DNA of 64,000 bases, from the NCBI GenBank assembly GCA_035549295.1, contig DASZRG010000036.1, positions 13,324-77,323 of the forward strand, given 5' to 3'. Within the stretch, counting starts at the first letter, position 1. Every line of letters begins with the position of its first letter. The notes below the pieces were generated by a model. That model was given only the letters and a program-made list of their open reading frames with translations. It had not been told where the DNA came from and did no database searches. A program made the position numbers and the translations under genes. The stretch comes from Patescibacteria group bacterium. GTDB lineage: Bacteria > Patescibacteriota > Microgenomatia > Levybacterales > GWA1-39-11. Below are positions 1 to 9,739 of this stretch, piece after piece.

Positions 1-182
1 AAAATACTTTTGACTTCATCAGTATTTGCAATAGAATTTTTATATGAAAATTCAAGTCTTGAACCGCCCGTAAAATCAATTCCAGGTTTTAGACCAAATA
101 ATATAGTCGATATAAGACCGGGAATGATGACAATTCCGGACAAAATAAAGAATAGATTTTTTTTACCAATGACGTTTATCAT
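1..182 (-). CDS. secF: Protein translocase subunit SecF, N-terminal part (runs off window start)
   Basis: Manual translation from ATG at 182: MINVIGKKNLFFILSGIVIIPGLISTILFGLKPGIDFTGGSRLEF, with the SecF GIDFTGG motif; overlaps the secD stop. Confidence 0.92.
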   Translation of the reverse strand, partial: MINVIGKKNLFFILSGIVIIPGLISTILFGLKPGIDFTGGSRLEFSYKNSIANTDEVKSI

Positions 183-1510
183 AGATCTTTTTCAAATACT
201 CTCAAAAGATTTCGAGTTACAAGAATTGCTGAAAACATAGAAACAGCGATACCAATTCCAAGCGCAACCGCAAATCCGCGAATTTGTCCTGACCCAAAAT
301 AAAACAATATAAATGTCGTTATAAGACTTGATATGTTTGAGTCACGAATTGATGGCCATGCTCGAGAAAAGCCGAGCTTTAGGGCAATATTATTTGGCTT
401 ACCGGCTCTTATTTCCTCTCTCATACGTTCAAAAATAAGAATATTTGCATCAACCGCCATACCAATTGATAGTATAAGTCCTGCAATACCTGCAAGAGTT
501 AGCGTTATTGGAATTACTTTAAAGATAAAAAGCACTATAACTGTATATATTAAAAGTGCTGTCCCCGCAATGGCGCCTTCACGTCTATATAGAAAGACCA
601 TAAATATAAGAACTGAAACAAGACCTATGACTCCACCAACCAAACTCTTTTTAAGTGAAGATATACCAAGCGAAGGCCCAACCGTTGTCTGACCTATCAA
701 TTTAAGTGGCGCAGGGAGTGCTCCAGCGTTAAGTTGAATTGCTAAGTTTTTGGCTGTTTGATCAGTGAAATTACCCGAAATAACAGCGCTTCCATTGAGA
801 ATTGCTTGCTGCACAACTGGCGCTGATACAACTGAATTATCAAGCACGATTGCAACAGGCTTTCCAACATTTCTCTGCGTAATATCGGCAAAGTACTTTG
901 ACCCTGCAGATGAAAAATTAAGCTGAACTTGTGGCGTCCCATTTTGCGAACCATAAACTACTTGTGCTTTTTGCAAGTCTTTTCCTGTTAATTTTGTTGC
1001 GATAGGTTTTGTGCCATAGACGCTTGTCATACCAATTGGCAGGAGAAACGCGTCAGATGTTGCAATTTTTTGTGTGCCGCCCTCCCAAAAGGTAAGCTGG
1101 GCTGTTGCACCTATCAAAGAGAGTGCTTCATCGACATTTGTCGCACCAGGAAGGTCTATCACGATTCTATATTCACCTGGGAGCTTTAAAGATTGAATAG
1201 TCGGTTCAGATACGCCAAAGAAGTTAATTCTTCGATCTATTACGGTTCTTGCACCGTCAAAAGCATCTGCTTGAGATGCTACAGGTATACCCTTCATGTC
1301 TACTTTGTATGTAAGACTTGTGCCTCCTTGTAGATCGAGTCCAAGACGGTAAGAAAAATCAGGTGCCAGGTGAACTGGTCCTGCATTGATAGTTGGATGC
1401 GCTGGATCAAGTGTCGTTTTTCCAATTTTTATAGGAACTGGAAAATCAAAAAATAGTAAGACTGCGGCCAACAAAAAAATTGAGTATACAAAGAGTGTGG
1501 GTTTTTTCAT
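179..1510 (-). CDS. secD: Protein translocase subunit SecD
   Basis: LGLDLQGG, GVSEP, LNAGALP, TVGPSLG and GMAVDANILIFER motifs. Confidence 0.97.
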   Translation of the reverse strand: MKKPTLFVYSIFLLAAVLLFFDFPVPIKIGKTTLDPAHPTINAGPVHLAPDFSYRLGLDLQGGTSLTYKVDMKGIPVASQADAFDGARTVIDRRINFFGVSEPTIQSLKLPGEYRIVIDLPGATNVDEALSLIGATAQLTFWEGGTQKIATSDAFLLPIGMTSVYGTKPIATKLTGKDLQKAQVVYGSQNGTPQVQLNFSSAGSKYFADITQRNVGKPVAIVLDNSVVSAPVVQQAILNGSAVISGNFTDQTAKNLAIQLNAGALPAPLKLIGQTTVGPSLGISSLKKSLVGGVIGLVSVLIFMVFLYRREGAIAGTALLIYTVIVLFIFKVIPITLTLAGIAGLILSIGMAVDANILIFERMREEIRAGKPNNIALKLGFSRAWPSIRDSNISSLITTFILFYFGSGQIRGFAVALGIGIAVSMFSAILVTRNLLRVFEKDL

Positions 1511-1512
1511 AA

Positions 1513-2088
1513 TTATAGAAGGAGTGCTTCTTCATCACCAATCAGCATCACGCGAGATCCATAAATGATTGAGGTTATAAATGGATCGCGTCTTCTTTTT
1601 CTAAATAAAAACTCCTCTTCACTCATAACTGTATAATTTATCTCATGACTTCTTTTCACTTCTTCTGCACGAACTACAGCAGATAACTCAGGAACCACGA
1701 CTGTACCAACGACTAAAAGATCTACGTCCTCTGGATTTTCTCTTATACCTCGAGCAAATTTTCCAGAAAGCATCGCGTATTTTATTTTACCAAGTTTTAC
1801 TTTATTTTTTATGATATCCCCACCAAGACCAGATGTTTTAGCATTGATTCTTAGAAGATCAAAATAAAAGGGATAATTTTTGTCTAAAAAATAATATACT
1901 CGATTTGCGCGTGGCTCGCGATTAAGAATTCCTTTTTTCTCAAGATAAATTAATTCTCGACGTACAGCATTTATCTCCTCATCAACTTGCCTTACTATTT
2001 CTCGAACATGATACATTTCGGTGGGGTGACCCAAAAATAAAGTAATTATTTTAGTACGAGTTTTGCCAGTAATAAGATCTGAAAACAT
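1513..2088 (-). CDS. Winged-HTH (ArsR-like) protein with C-terminal nucleotidyltransferase-like domain
   Basis: N-terminal HTH (YHVREIVRQVDEEINAVRRELIYL) and C-terminal SG...DVDLLVVG. Confidence 0.7.
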   Translation of the reverse strand: MFSDLITGKTRTKIITLFLGHPTEMYHVREIVRQVDEEINAVRRELIYLEKKGILNREPRANRVYYFLDKNYPFYFDLLRINAKTSGLGGDIIKNKVKLGKIKYAMLSGKFARGIRENPEDVDLLVVGTVVVPELSAVVRAEEVKRSHEINYTVMSEEEFLFRKRRRDPFITSIIYGSRVMLIGDEEALLL

Positions 2089-2166
2089 AAGGAAAAGCGT
2101 TAGTTTTGAGGTAATTATATACCCTAAAGCGAAGTTAGTAAATAACGTATGTGACTATCCTTTTTA

Positions 2167-3339
2167 CTATTTAACTGTAAGTGGAGTACCAATACCCAAG
2201 ACCTCAAACCAAATGTGACCCCTTGTGAATTTTACCTCTTGACCACTTGAGTCTGTAAGAATGGTTCTTGCGGTTCTACTCTTTTTACTCCATGATCCCG
2301 AAACCTGTTTGCCATCCATAAATATAGTTGCCTTTCCTGTACCTTTTGTTCCATATAGCATATGCTCATTATCTGTATACCCATCATTCGCATGTTGTTC
2401 GGTCATAAATAGGACTACAACATCTGATGCCGTCATTTGTTTTTTTGTATCGCGATCCATGTGAGCTTGACCACCATTGAATCTCAAGTATTGGTTTGTT
2501 TTGGGATCATAAACCCATTTTACAGAATAATCAGTGTATCCTCCGGAGAAGTCAAAGCTTACTGTTTGAGACGCTGGTCGCGCGCTTGATGCTGCATCAT
2601 CTTTAAATTTGTAAGGTACAAAATTTGTGTCCCATGAAGTTCCATCTTTATCAACATTTGTTAATTTACGTGTTGCTCCAACGTCCCAAAGTTTTTGAGT
2701 TGAAGAATACATAGTGTGTTCTGTTGCGACTTCATGACCAGCACGATCATAATCTCTCCAATATGTCGGAAAGCCGATCGAGAATTGATTTAGATCGTTG
2801 TATGACTGCCAACCATAATCATCAATTTGACCGAGAGCATCGGCTGGACCGGGAGTATTTGCTCCACCAACGTGGGCATATAGCGGATAATCTGCATACT
2901 CTGAAACGAAATCAAGAAAGTAAGTTCTCGCCGATCTAACAGGACCAACAATCCCTGCATCCTGACAATAGAAAATATTTAAAAATCTTGTAATTCCACC
3001 CTCTGCAACTGCTTCATATGTAACGTCCGCGAAAGACATACCTGACTGTGGACGAGCGTCCGTGGAATTTTCAATCATTACTCCAAGAGGTCGGTGTTTT
3101 TCCCACCAAGCTTTTTGTTGCTTCGAGTACATAGCACCATTTATTGGACACTCCTCAGTTTTGGGAAGCGATGCGTCAAAAACTGCCTGCTGGTCTGCGC
3201 CGATTTTTGGGGAAACAATTGGCGCTGAAATACCAATCGAACCTGCACCTCCGAATCTCGCGAAGAAAACAAACGAAAGAGCTGACGATATAACGTATAT
3301 TAATATTGCGGTAACAAGATTTTTTGTTTTTGGATCCAT
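2167..3339 (-). CDS. DUF3048 (YerB-like) membrane-anchored protein
   Basis: RPLGVMIENS, ARPQSG, EGGITRF and GPVRSAR motifs; N-terminal TM. Confidence 0.85.
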   Translation of the reverse strand: MDPKTKNLVTAILIYVISSALSFVFFARFGGAGSIGISAPIVSPKIGADQQAVFDASLPKTEECPINGAMYSKQQKAWWEKHRPLGVMIENSTDARPQSGMSFADVTYEAVAEGGITRFLNIFYCQDAGIVGPVRSARTYFLDFVSEYADYPLYAHVGGANTPGPADALGQIDDYGWQSYNDLNQFSIGFPTYWRDYDRAGHEVATEHTMYSSTQKLWDVGATRKLTNVDKDGTSWDTNFVPYKFKDDAASSARPASQTVSFDFSGGYTDYSVKWVYDPKTNQYLRFNGGQAHMDRDTKKQMTASDVVVLFMTEQHANDGYTDNEHMLYGTKGTGKATIFMDGKQVSGSWSKKSRTARTILTDSSGQEVKFTRGHIWFEVLGIGTPLTVK

Positions 3340-3341
3340 AT

Positions 3342-3833
3342 CTATTTCTTATGCGTCGCGGCGAGCAGCTTTGCTCCCTTAAGTGCTCTTTCTTCATCCT
3401 CAGAAAGATCATATTCTGCTCCTTTTCCAAGGACTACCCCTTTTGCATACCAACGTGTTCCCGTTCTCGTATGAAGACTAGAAATAATAACTCCAGTATT
3501 CTCAGCGTCAACTAAAGCAAGTATAAAACTTTGGTCACCACCCGTATCTTTAAACGGATTAAAACGAACTAGTCCTATCTTTTGAATATGCGAAAGACCG
3601 TCTCTGTTTATCTTATCATAGGAAGACACGAGCTGGTCAAGTGTCTTTTTGTTCTCTTCTTCTTTTGCTAAAACATCTTCCATAAGTCCCATTATTGATT
3701 CTTTTTTTCCATTCTTAGTCATTCTGGAATATGTCGAACGGAAGGTAATCAGGAAAAAAGTTAGGATTACGAGCCAGAGAAATGTGAGGAAAAAAGCAAC
3801 AAAATCAGGAGCCAAGTTCATACGGTAAACCAT
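3342..3833 (-). CDS. DUF4446 family protein
   Basis: KIGLVRFNPF, GGDQSF, GVIISSLH, YAKG and LSEDE motifs. Confidence 0.85.
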   Translation of the reverse strand: MVYRMNLAPDFVAFFLTFLWLVILTFFLITFRSTYSRMTKNGKKESIMGLMEDVLAKEEENKKTLDQLVSSYDKINRDGLSHIQKIGLVRFNPFKDTGGDQSFILALVDAENTGVIISSLHTRTGTRWYAKGVVLGKGAEYDLSEDEERALKGAKLLAATHKK

Positions 3834-3931
3834 TTTAGCCTGTCACATCTGGCAGTGTCAATACTATCAATTTACCCTTATGTGCCGGCCTAAATGTGAT
3901 TTAGCGATAGCACTCTAGCCTCGATTACCTC

Positions 3932-3961
3932 TTGACACGCACGCATTGAATGTGTTACTTT
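3932..3961 (+). promoter_or_regulatory. Putative sigma70 promoter
   Basis: TTGACA at 3932 with TACTTT 18 nt later, upstream of the ATG at 4000. Confidence 0.4.
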
Positions 3962-3999
3962 TTCACTCATCACGTAAATTGAGCGTAAATAATCGTAAA

Positions 4000-4329
4000 A
4001 TGAGCAAGAAAAGAAGAACCAAAAAAGAAAAAATTACAGCAAGCGTCAGACACGATTTTTCATCAGTTCTCATAACGCCTCGCATCTCGAATGATTCCGG
4101 TGAACGAGGTGAACAAAAACAATCTTTCGAAATTAAACTTAGCAATATCGCCCCTTCCCAAAAATCTCAAAATACTTCACCGGTCACATCCTATTCCAGA
4201 TCACATGCATACGTTTTAGGCGACATAAGAAAAACAGTTAATATAACTGCGGTTCTTCTTGCCCTCAACGTAGCAATTTATTTTCTTTTGAAACTTAAAT
4301 TCGTTAACATTCCAGGAATCGGATTTTAA
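4000..4329 (+). CDS. Hypothetical protein with basic N-terminus and C-terminal TM helix
   Basis: ORF 3946..4329; likely start MSKKRRTKKEK at 4000. Confidence 0.65.
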   Translation: MSKKRRTKKEKITASVRHDFSSVLITPRISNDSGERGEQKQSFEIKLSNIAPSQKSQNTSPVTSYSRSHAYVLGDIRKTVNITAVLLALNVAIYFLLKLKFVNIPGIGF

Positions 4330-4360
4330 TTCGATTGTGTGAGAGGAGGTGAATTGAAAT

Positions 4361-4504
4361 ATGGCAAGTATGTATTGTGTAAAATGTCGCGCAAAGCGCG
4401 AAGATGACGCAGCAGTAAAAGTCACCATGAAAAATGGAAAACCTGCTATGAAAGGAAAATGCCCAGTTTGTGGAACAGCAATGTTTAAGATTGGAGCTGC
4501 ATAA
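4361..4504 (+). CDS. Small zinc-ribbon protein, DUF5679-like (47 aa; missing from ORF track)
   Basis: MASMYCVKCRAKREDDAAVKVTMKNGKPAMKGKCPVCGTAMFKIGAA; two CxxC motifs; SD GAGGAGGTGA upstream. Confidence 0.9.
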   Translation: MASMYCVKCRAKREDDAAVKVTMKNGKPAMKGKCPVCGTAMFKIGAA

Positions 4505-4525
4505 ATTTTCTTTTTCGCAAATAAT

Positions 4526-4602
4526 AAAAGCCCGATTTAGTATTTGAATTTTTTCGGTACAAAATCGGGTTTTTGTTGCCTTTTGACCTTGTCAAAAGGC
4601 AA
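4526..4602. terminator. Hairpins between convergent genes (likely bidirectional terminator)
   Basis: AAAAGCCCGATTT...AAAATCGGGTTTTT, then a perfect 12-bp IR TTGCCTTTTGAC-ctt-GTCAAAAGGCAA. Confidence 0.55.
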
Positions 4603-4694
4603 TCCTCATAAGCCTTAGAGGAGGATCATTGTTATTTTTAAAAATTAGAGGGGAGAGGAAGTAATTTGAAGTTTATTACTTTGCGAATTTCTCA

Positions 4695-6239
4695 CTATCT
4701 GTAGTGAACTAATTTATAGACCTTAAGAACTGAAACTGGCCACTCTCCTGCAATTTCCGCGCGGCCAAATCCTGCGACTTCCCACAAAGAATTACCAAGA
4801 GGTTGGCAGTTTAAATCTTCACAAACAATAAATAATTGATCTGTTACACTTTTCCTTTGCGGATCGACTCCTTCATACTGAATTGTCACAGGTGGTTTTC
4901 CTTCAACTTCAAAAATATATCTATACGCATGATCAGAATTTCCTCCTGTAATAAGAGCAAAATTAAATGGCTTATTACCCGCTTTATTCAAGATGAACTC
5001 CGAAATCTTTTTAACCTGAAGATACTGTTGATTACCAGGATATCTAAATGGGTAGCCTAGGAGATTTAGATAAATGAACAGAATAAAGAGAATAATAGTC
5101 GCATATCTCAGTGACTTTCTATCATAAAGATTGGACAGTAGATTACCAACGAGAAGGAACGGTAAAGGAAACATGAATTCAAAATAATAGTCATATATTG
5201 GCTTGTGATAAAACCCAAAAAGCACTACTCCAAAAAAAAGCCAAAACGAAAATAGAAGTTTTACTAATTTGTCTTTTATTTTTATTATTGAAAAGACGGA
5301 TGCTATCCCTAACACAACGGCCAAAACTCCCCAAAGGAATAATGCATTTTTTTCAACAGTGTAGGTCCTATCAGGTGGTGGATAATAAAGAACTAGTCGA
5401 GCGAAAATTCGGAAAAATACATCCTGGACTGTTTGAATAAAAGTCAAATGAGTTAGATCAGATGCGTGTGGATCACCATGCAATATGAAATTAAAAACCG
5501 TCCTCGTGTTAGGAAACCCGTGCTTTATTTCAAACAAAAGAAATGGCGACAAACCAATCAAAAAGCCAATGGCAAAACCTAGGTACTCTTTAGCAGTTTC
5601 ATAAACTATTTTTTTCTTGTTATTCAAAAAGTTTGCAGAAAGTATATAGACCGCTATGATTATTCCTACAAAAACCTCTATGTAATGGAGCTGAAAAGCT
5701 ATTCCGTAAATAAATCCTACCGATATGAATTTTCTAAAACTTGGCTTCTGAACATATTTGTATAAAAGATAAAGCATGACCATTGAAAAAAACGGCATAG
5801 GGTTTGGATTCCAAGATGATCTTGAGTATTCAATGACTAGAGGCGAAATGGAATATAAAAGTGCTGCAAATAAAGCTCCTTTTAAACCAATCCACTCTCT
5901 TCCAAATTTATAAATCAGAAAAACAGTTGCGACACTCAGAAGCGCGATCATTATTGCAGGACCAGTTGGATTGTAATTTGATAAAAGTAAAAAAGGGGCC
6001 ATCATGTAGTAATAGATGGGACCCGTAAAAAAGTCTGCCGCCGACGCGCGTGGACCCAAGAACGTTAGATGCCCATGAAGGATGTCTCTTACTATAAGAA
6101 CGTCTCGTCCTTCATCACCCAAAAAAGTTAAATAATCTTGAATTTTGTATATTCTAAAAAATGCAGCAATAAGGATGATTACACCGACAATAACAGCTAC
6201 ATAGTTCTTTGTAAAAAACTTGCGAATTTTAAGAAACAT
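4695..6239 (-). CDS. Glycosyltransferase family 39 (ArnT/PMT-like, GT-C fold)
   Basis: FFRIY...GDEGRD motif, GPIYYY, SRSSWNP; many TM segments. Confidence 0.85.
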   Translation of the reverse strand: MFLKIRKFFTKNYVAVIVGVIILIAAFFRIYKIQDYLTFLGDEGRDVLIVRDILHGHLTFLGPRASAADFFTGPIYYYMMAPFLLLSNYNPTGPAIMIALLSVATVFLIYKFGREWIGLKGALFAALLYSISPLVIEYSRSSWNPNPMPFFSMVMLYLLYKYVQKPSFRKFISVGFIYGIAFQLHYIEVFVGIIIAVYILSANFLNNKKKIVYETAKEYLGFAIGFLIGLSPFLLFEIKHGFPNTRTVFNFILHGDPHASDLTHLTFIQTVQDVFFRIFARLVLYYPPPDRTYTVEKNALFLWGVLAVVLGIASVFSIIKIKDKLVKLLFSFWLFFGVVLFGFYHKPIYDYYFEFMFPLPFLLVGNLLSNLYDRKSLRYATIILFILFIYLNLLGYPFRYPGNQQYLQVKKISEFILNKAGNKPFNFALITGGNSDHAYRYIFEVEGKPPVTIQYEGVDPQRKSVTDQLFIVCEDLNCQPLGNSLWEVAGFGRAEIAGEWPVSVLKVYKLVHYR

Positions 6240-6260
6240 AAAGAGGATTTATCCGACTCA

Positions 6261-7445
6261 TTATTTATCCTTCAAGTGATGCGTCTTCCAAATAATACGG
6301 TTGTAAATAAAATAATTTAACGGAATAACAAGTAAAATTATAGTTGGGAACAAGACTACAATTCGAGTCTTAAGCGACATTCCAAACAGCATTACATCTT
6401 CTCCCAAGAAATGGACGAATAAATAAACCGATAAAAATTGAATAAACACAGAAAGAAGAGTTGCTAAATTGAATTTTATCAATTTATGCATAAAATGCGA
6501 ATTCTGCTTAATGTGTTTTGTATCAGAGAATGTCCAAAAATTATTGAACATGAAGTTACATAGGATTGCCGCTTCGGCACCAAATCCTGCCGATAAACCG
6601 TCGCGAAGCGAAGCGATAACCGAAACAAAAAGAACATTGGCCGCAAACTCTTGGAAAACTAACTGAACGATAAAACCTGTTCCTCCTACAATTAGAAACT
6701 TTATGACTCTTTGCAATTCAGTAATCCTAGTAGTAATAACGAACGTAATAACTTGCATGATATACCCGATCGGAGCAATCTTTGAGTCGCCTAAACTTCT
6801 TTCCCCAAAATGGAAAGGAACTTCACCTATTTTGAATCCATCCCTGACAGCCTTATGCAGAAACGATATCTGAAAAATATACCCGCTAAATTTTGTGAGC
6901 TCATGTTTTTCCTTCAGAAATACTTCTTTTTTTAGAGCCCGATATCCACCAGTCCAATCGTGTATATAAAATCTCATAAAAACTGTTCTCACAAACAAAT
7001 TTGCAACGACTGAGAAAGCTTTTCTATGAAGCGGCCATTTAGCCGGAATTGATCCGCCATCACTATAGCGAGTACCGATTACCATATCGCATCCTTCATC
7101 AATTTTTTCCAAAAAATCAGGAATTTTTGCTGGGTCGTGCTGCAAATCAGCATCCATTTCAAAAACTACATCGGCGCCCATCTCTTCAATAGCAAAAGTC
7201 ATGGCGCGAATGTACGCTGCGCCCAACCCTTTTTTCTCTCCACTTGAAATCTCAATATTCTTGTACTTTTTAGCAAATGCCTCAACGGCTTCTGGAGTAC
7301 CATCCGGAGAATTATCATCTGCAACAAGGATGAACATCTGGTAGTTTTTTACCTGGGGGAAAACATCTTCTTCTATAATTGGAATTATTCTCTCGATATT
7401 CTCACGCTCTTTATACGTCGGTATGATAACAACTGCTTTGCTCAT
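6261..7445 (-). CDS. GT2 polyprenol-phosphate glycosyltransferase fused to a GtrA-like domain
   Basis: IIPTYKERENI, DDNSPDGT, MDADLQHDP; C-terminal KFLIVGG...NFMFNNFWTF GtrA pattern. Confidence 0.88.
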   Translation of the reverse strand: MSKAVVIIPTYKERENIERIIPIIEEDVFPQVKNYQMFILVADDNSPDGTPEAVEAFAKKYKNIEISSGEKKGLGAAYIRAMTFAIEEMGADVVFEMDADLQHDPAKIPDFLEKIDEGCDMVIGTRYSDGGSIPAKWPLHRKAFSVVANLFVRTVFMRFYIHDWTGGYRALKKEVFLKEKHELTKFSGYIFQISFLHKAVRDGFKIGEVPFHFGERSLGDSKIAPIGYIMQVITFVITTRITELQRVIKFLIVGGTGFIVQLVFQEFAANVLFVSVIASLRDGLSAGFGAEAAILCNFMFNNFWTFSDTKHIKQNSHFMHKLIKFNLATLLSVFIQFLSVYLFVHFLGEDVMLFGMSLKTRIVVLFPTIILLVIPLNYFIYNRIIWKTHHLKDK

Positions 7446-8398
7446 TAGATTGAGGTCTTAAAGTATTCTATAGTTTTTGCCAACCCCGTATCAAGTTTTA
7501 TTTTAGGTTCAAAGCCAAATAACTCTTTTGCGTAAGCAATATCAGGTTTTCTTCTGTGTGGATCGTCCATAGGAAGATCTTCGTGAACAATCTTGGAAGA
7601 TGAGCCAACCATTTCTTTTATTTTACTTGCCAAATCAGCGATTGTATGCTCGTCAGGATTTCCCAAATTTATAACATAAAAGCCTGATTCCACATCAAGG
7701 CATCCTATCAATCCGGCAATTAAATCATCAACATAACAAAAACTTCTTGTCTGATCGCCATCTCCGTAGATTGTAATATCTTCATTTCTCAGCGCTTGGT
7801 TTATAAAATTTGAAACTACACGTCCATCGTCCTTTTGCATGCGTGTTCCATATGTATTGAATATTCTTATTACTCGAACATCTAATTTGTACTTTCTCGC
7901 GTATGCGGAACAGATAGCCTCGCCAAATCTTTTTCCCTCATCATAAACAGATCGCGGACCATTAGGATTGACATTTCCAAAATAATCTTCTTTCTGAGGT
8001 GAAACGGCGGGATCACCATAAATTTCCGAAGATGAAGCATAAACAAATTTAGCGTTTTTTTGATGTGCAAACTCTAAGGCATTCTTGGTCCCGACAGAAT
8101 TAACCATCAATGTCTCAATGGGATATGCAATATAACTCTTGGGGCTTTTTGCGTTCGGCGATGCAGGAGATGCCAAATGAAAAACAACATCCACCTGACC
8201 ATTTATACTAGGGAGCGAATGAATCAGGTCATGTTTTATAAATACAAAATTTGGATTTTCTAAAAATTTTTCAACGTTGCTTTCAGATCCTGTTAAAAAA
8301 TTGTCGATACATATTACTTTTTTACCTTCATTAAGAAGCCTTTCTACAAGATGCGATCCCACAAAACCAGCACCCCCCAATACCACTACGGTTGACAT
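7445..8398 (-). CDS. UDP-glucuronate decarboxylase (UDP-xylose synthase) family
   Basis: GGAGFVGSH, HLASPASP, YDEGKR, RIFNTYG, QTRSFCYV, DDPHRRKPDI. Confidence 0.9.
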   Translation of the reverse strand: MSTVVVLGGAGFVGSHLVERLLNEGKKVICIDNFLTGSESNVEKFLENPNFVFIKHDLIHSLPSINGQVDVVFHLASPASPNAKSPKSYIAYPIETLMVNSVGTKNALEFAHQKNAKFVYASSSEIYGDPAVSPQKEDYFGNVNPNGPRSVYDEGKRFGEAICSAYARKYKLDVRVIRIFNTYGTRMQKDDGRVVSNFINQALRNEDITIYGDGDQTRSFCYVDDLIAGLIGCLDVESGFYVINLGNPDEHTIADLASKIKEMVGSSSKIVHEDLPMDDPHRRKPDIAYAKELFGFEPKIKLDTGLAKTIEYFKTSI

Positions 8399-8456
8399 GG
8401 ATTAATTGTATCTAAAAAATGCCACAAATACTACGATAGGAAAAAGAAAATTGCAA

Positions 8457-8640
8457 GAAACTAGAGACTAGATATTAGATACTAGGAATTTCTAAGTGAT
8501 TAAGATTAAAGGAGTTAGTGATTAGGAGAATATCTTTTTACATATTAGATATTGCATATTACATATTATAAGGATGAACGTTTTTTATAATCTACAATTT
8601 TTTATAATCTACAATATGTTATACATAATATCTAAGAAAT
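8457..8640. repeat. Stack of several 7-bp periodic intergenic repeat families
   Basis: CTAGAGA/CTAGATA/TTAGATA units, then AGTGATTAAGATTAAAGGAGTTAGTGATTAGGAGAA, then CATATTA/GATATTG units and duplicated TATAATCTACAAT. Confidence 0.7.
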
Positions 8641-8731
8641 AACTCTTGGATAACTACTTAATACAAGATACTCTTCACACTAATATCTCTATTGTTAAAG
8701 CACAAATCATTGTGTAAAATTAAATGAAATT

Positions 8732-9736
8732 ATGGCAAAGAAAGCTTTGATTATCGGTATTTCTTCACAAGATGGATCATATCTTGCTGATCTTCTTCTT
8801 GAAAAGGGGTACGATGTAACAGGAACTGTTCGACATACAACTAATTTTTATCAAGAGAATATTACTCACCTTTATGGAAAAGTAAAAATTGAAGCAGCGG
8901 ATCTTATTGATCTCGAAAGTCTTTCAAGTGTTGTTCGCAAATCAAAACCTGATGAGGTATACAATATCGCAGCCCAAAGCGTACCCGGTGACTCTTGGAC
9001 TCAACCTTTTTACACGGGTGAGGTAACTGCCCTTGGGCCAGTAAGAACACTTGAAGCAGTTCGCCATTTTGCACCTGATGCGCGTTTTTATCAAGCAACC
9101 TCGCGAGAAATATATGGAAATATTGAAGCAGACGCTGCTAATGAAACCACTTTAAGCGATGCCAACAATCCCTACGGTATAGCAAAAGCATATGCCCACA
9201 TGATGGTCCGTTGCTTTCGAGAATCCTACGGCATGTTCGCATGTGGAGGAATACTTTTTAACCACGAATCCCCCAGAAGAAGTCTTCATTTTGTCACGAG
9301 AAAAATTTCAGCTGGTGTTGCGTGTATAAAAAATAAAGTTAAAAATCCTCCTCTCAATGAACTTGGAGAACCTTTGGTCGATGCACAAGGAAAATTACAT
9401 CTTGGAAATCTTTCTGCAACTCGCGACTGGGGGTATGCAAAAGAATATGTCGAAGCCATGTGGCTTATGCTTCAAAATGATAAACCAAAAGATTATGTTA
9501 TAGGAACTAATACCTCATATACAGTTGAGGATGCATGCCGAATCGCATTCGAACATGTTGGACTGAATTACAAAGATCACGTTTACTCAAATGAAAAACT
9601 TCATAGGCCTACAGAAATCAAAGATTTGAAAGGCGACTATTCACTCGCTAAAAAAGAGCTCGGATGGGAACCTAAAACTAGTTTCAAAACACTCATGGAA
9701 TTAATGGTTGATGCTGACCTTGCAAGATTTAAATAA
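8732..9736 (+). CDS. gmd: GDP-mannose 4,6-dehydratase
   Basis: QDGSYLA, PYGIAK, GILFNHESPRR, FVTRKI, RDWGYA. Confidence 0.93.
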   Translation: MAKKALIIGISSQDGSYLADLLLEKGYDVTGTVRHTTNFYQENITHLYGKVKIEAADLIDLESLSSVVRKSKPDEVYNIAAQSVPGDSWTQPFYTGEVTALGPVRTLEAVRHFAPDARFYQATSREIYGNIEADAANETTLSDANNPYGIAKAYAHMMVRCFRESYGMFACGGILFNHESPRRSLHFVTRKISAGVACIKNKVKNPPLNELGEPLVDAQGKLHLGNLSATRDWGYAKEYVEAMWLMLQNDKPKDYVIGTNTSYTVEDACRIAFEHVGLNYKDHVYSNEKLHRPTEIKDLKGDYSLAKKELGWEPKTSFKTLMELMVDADLARFK

Positions 9737-9739
9737 GCA

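Noticed and set aside
3908-3934. CIRCE-like TAGCACTC
   Set aside because: Only a half site; no GAGTGCTAA at 9-nt spacing and no chaperone gene adjacent
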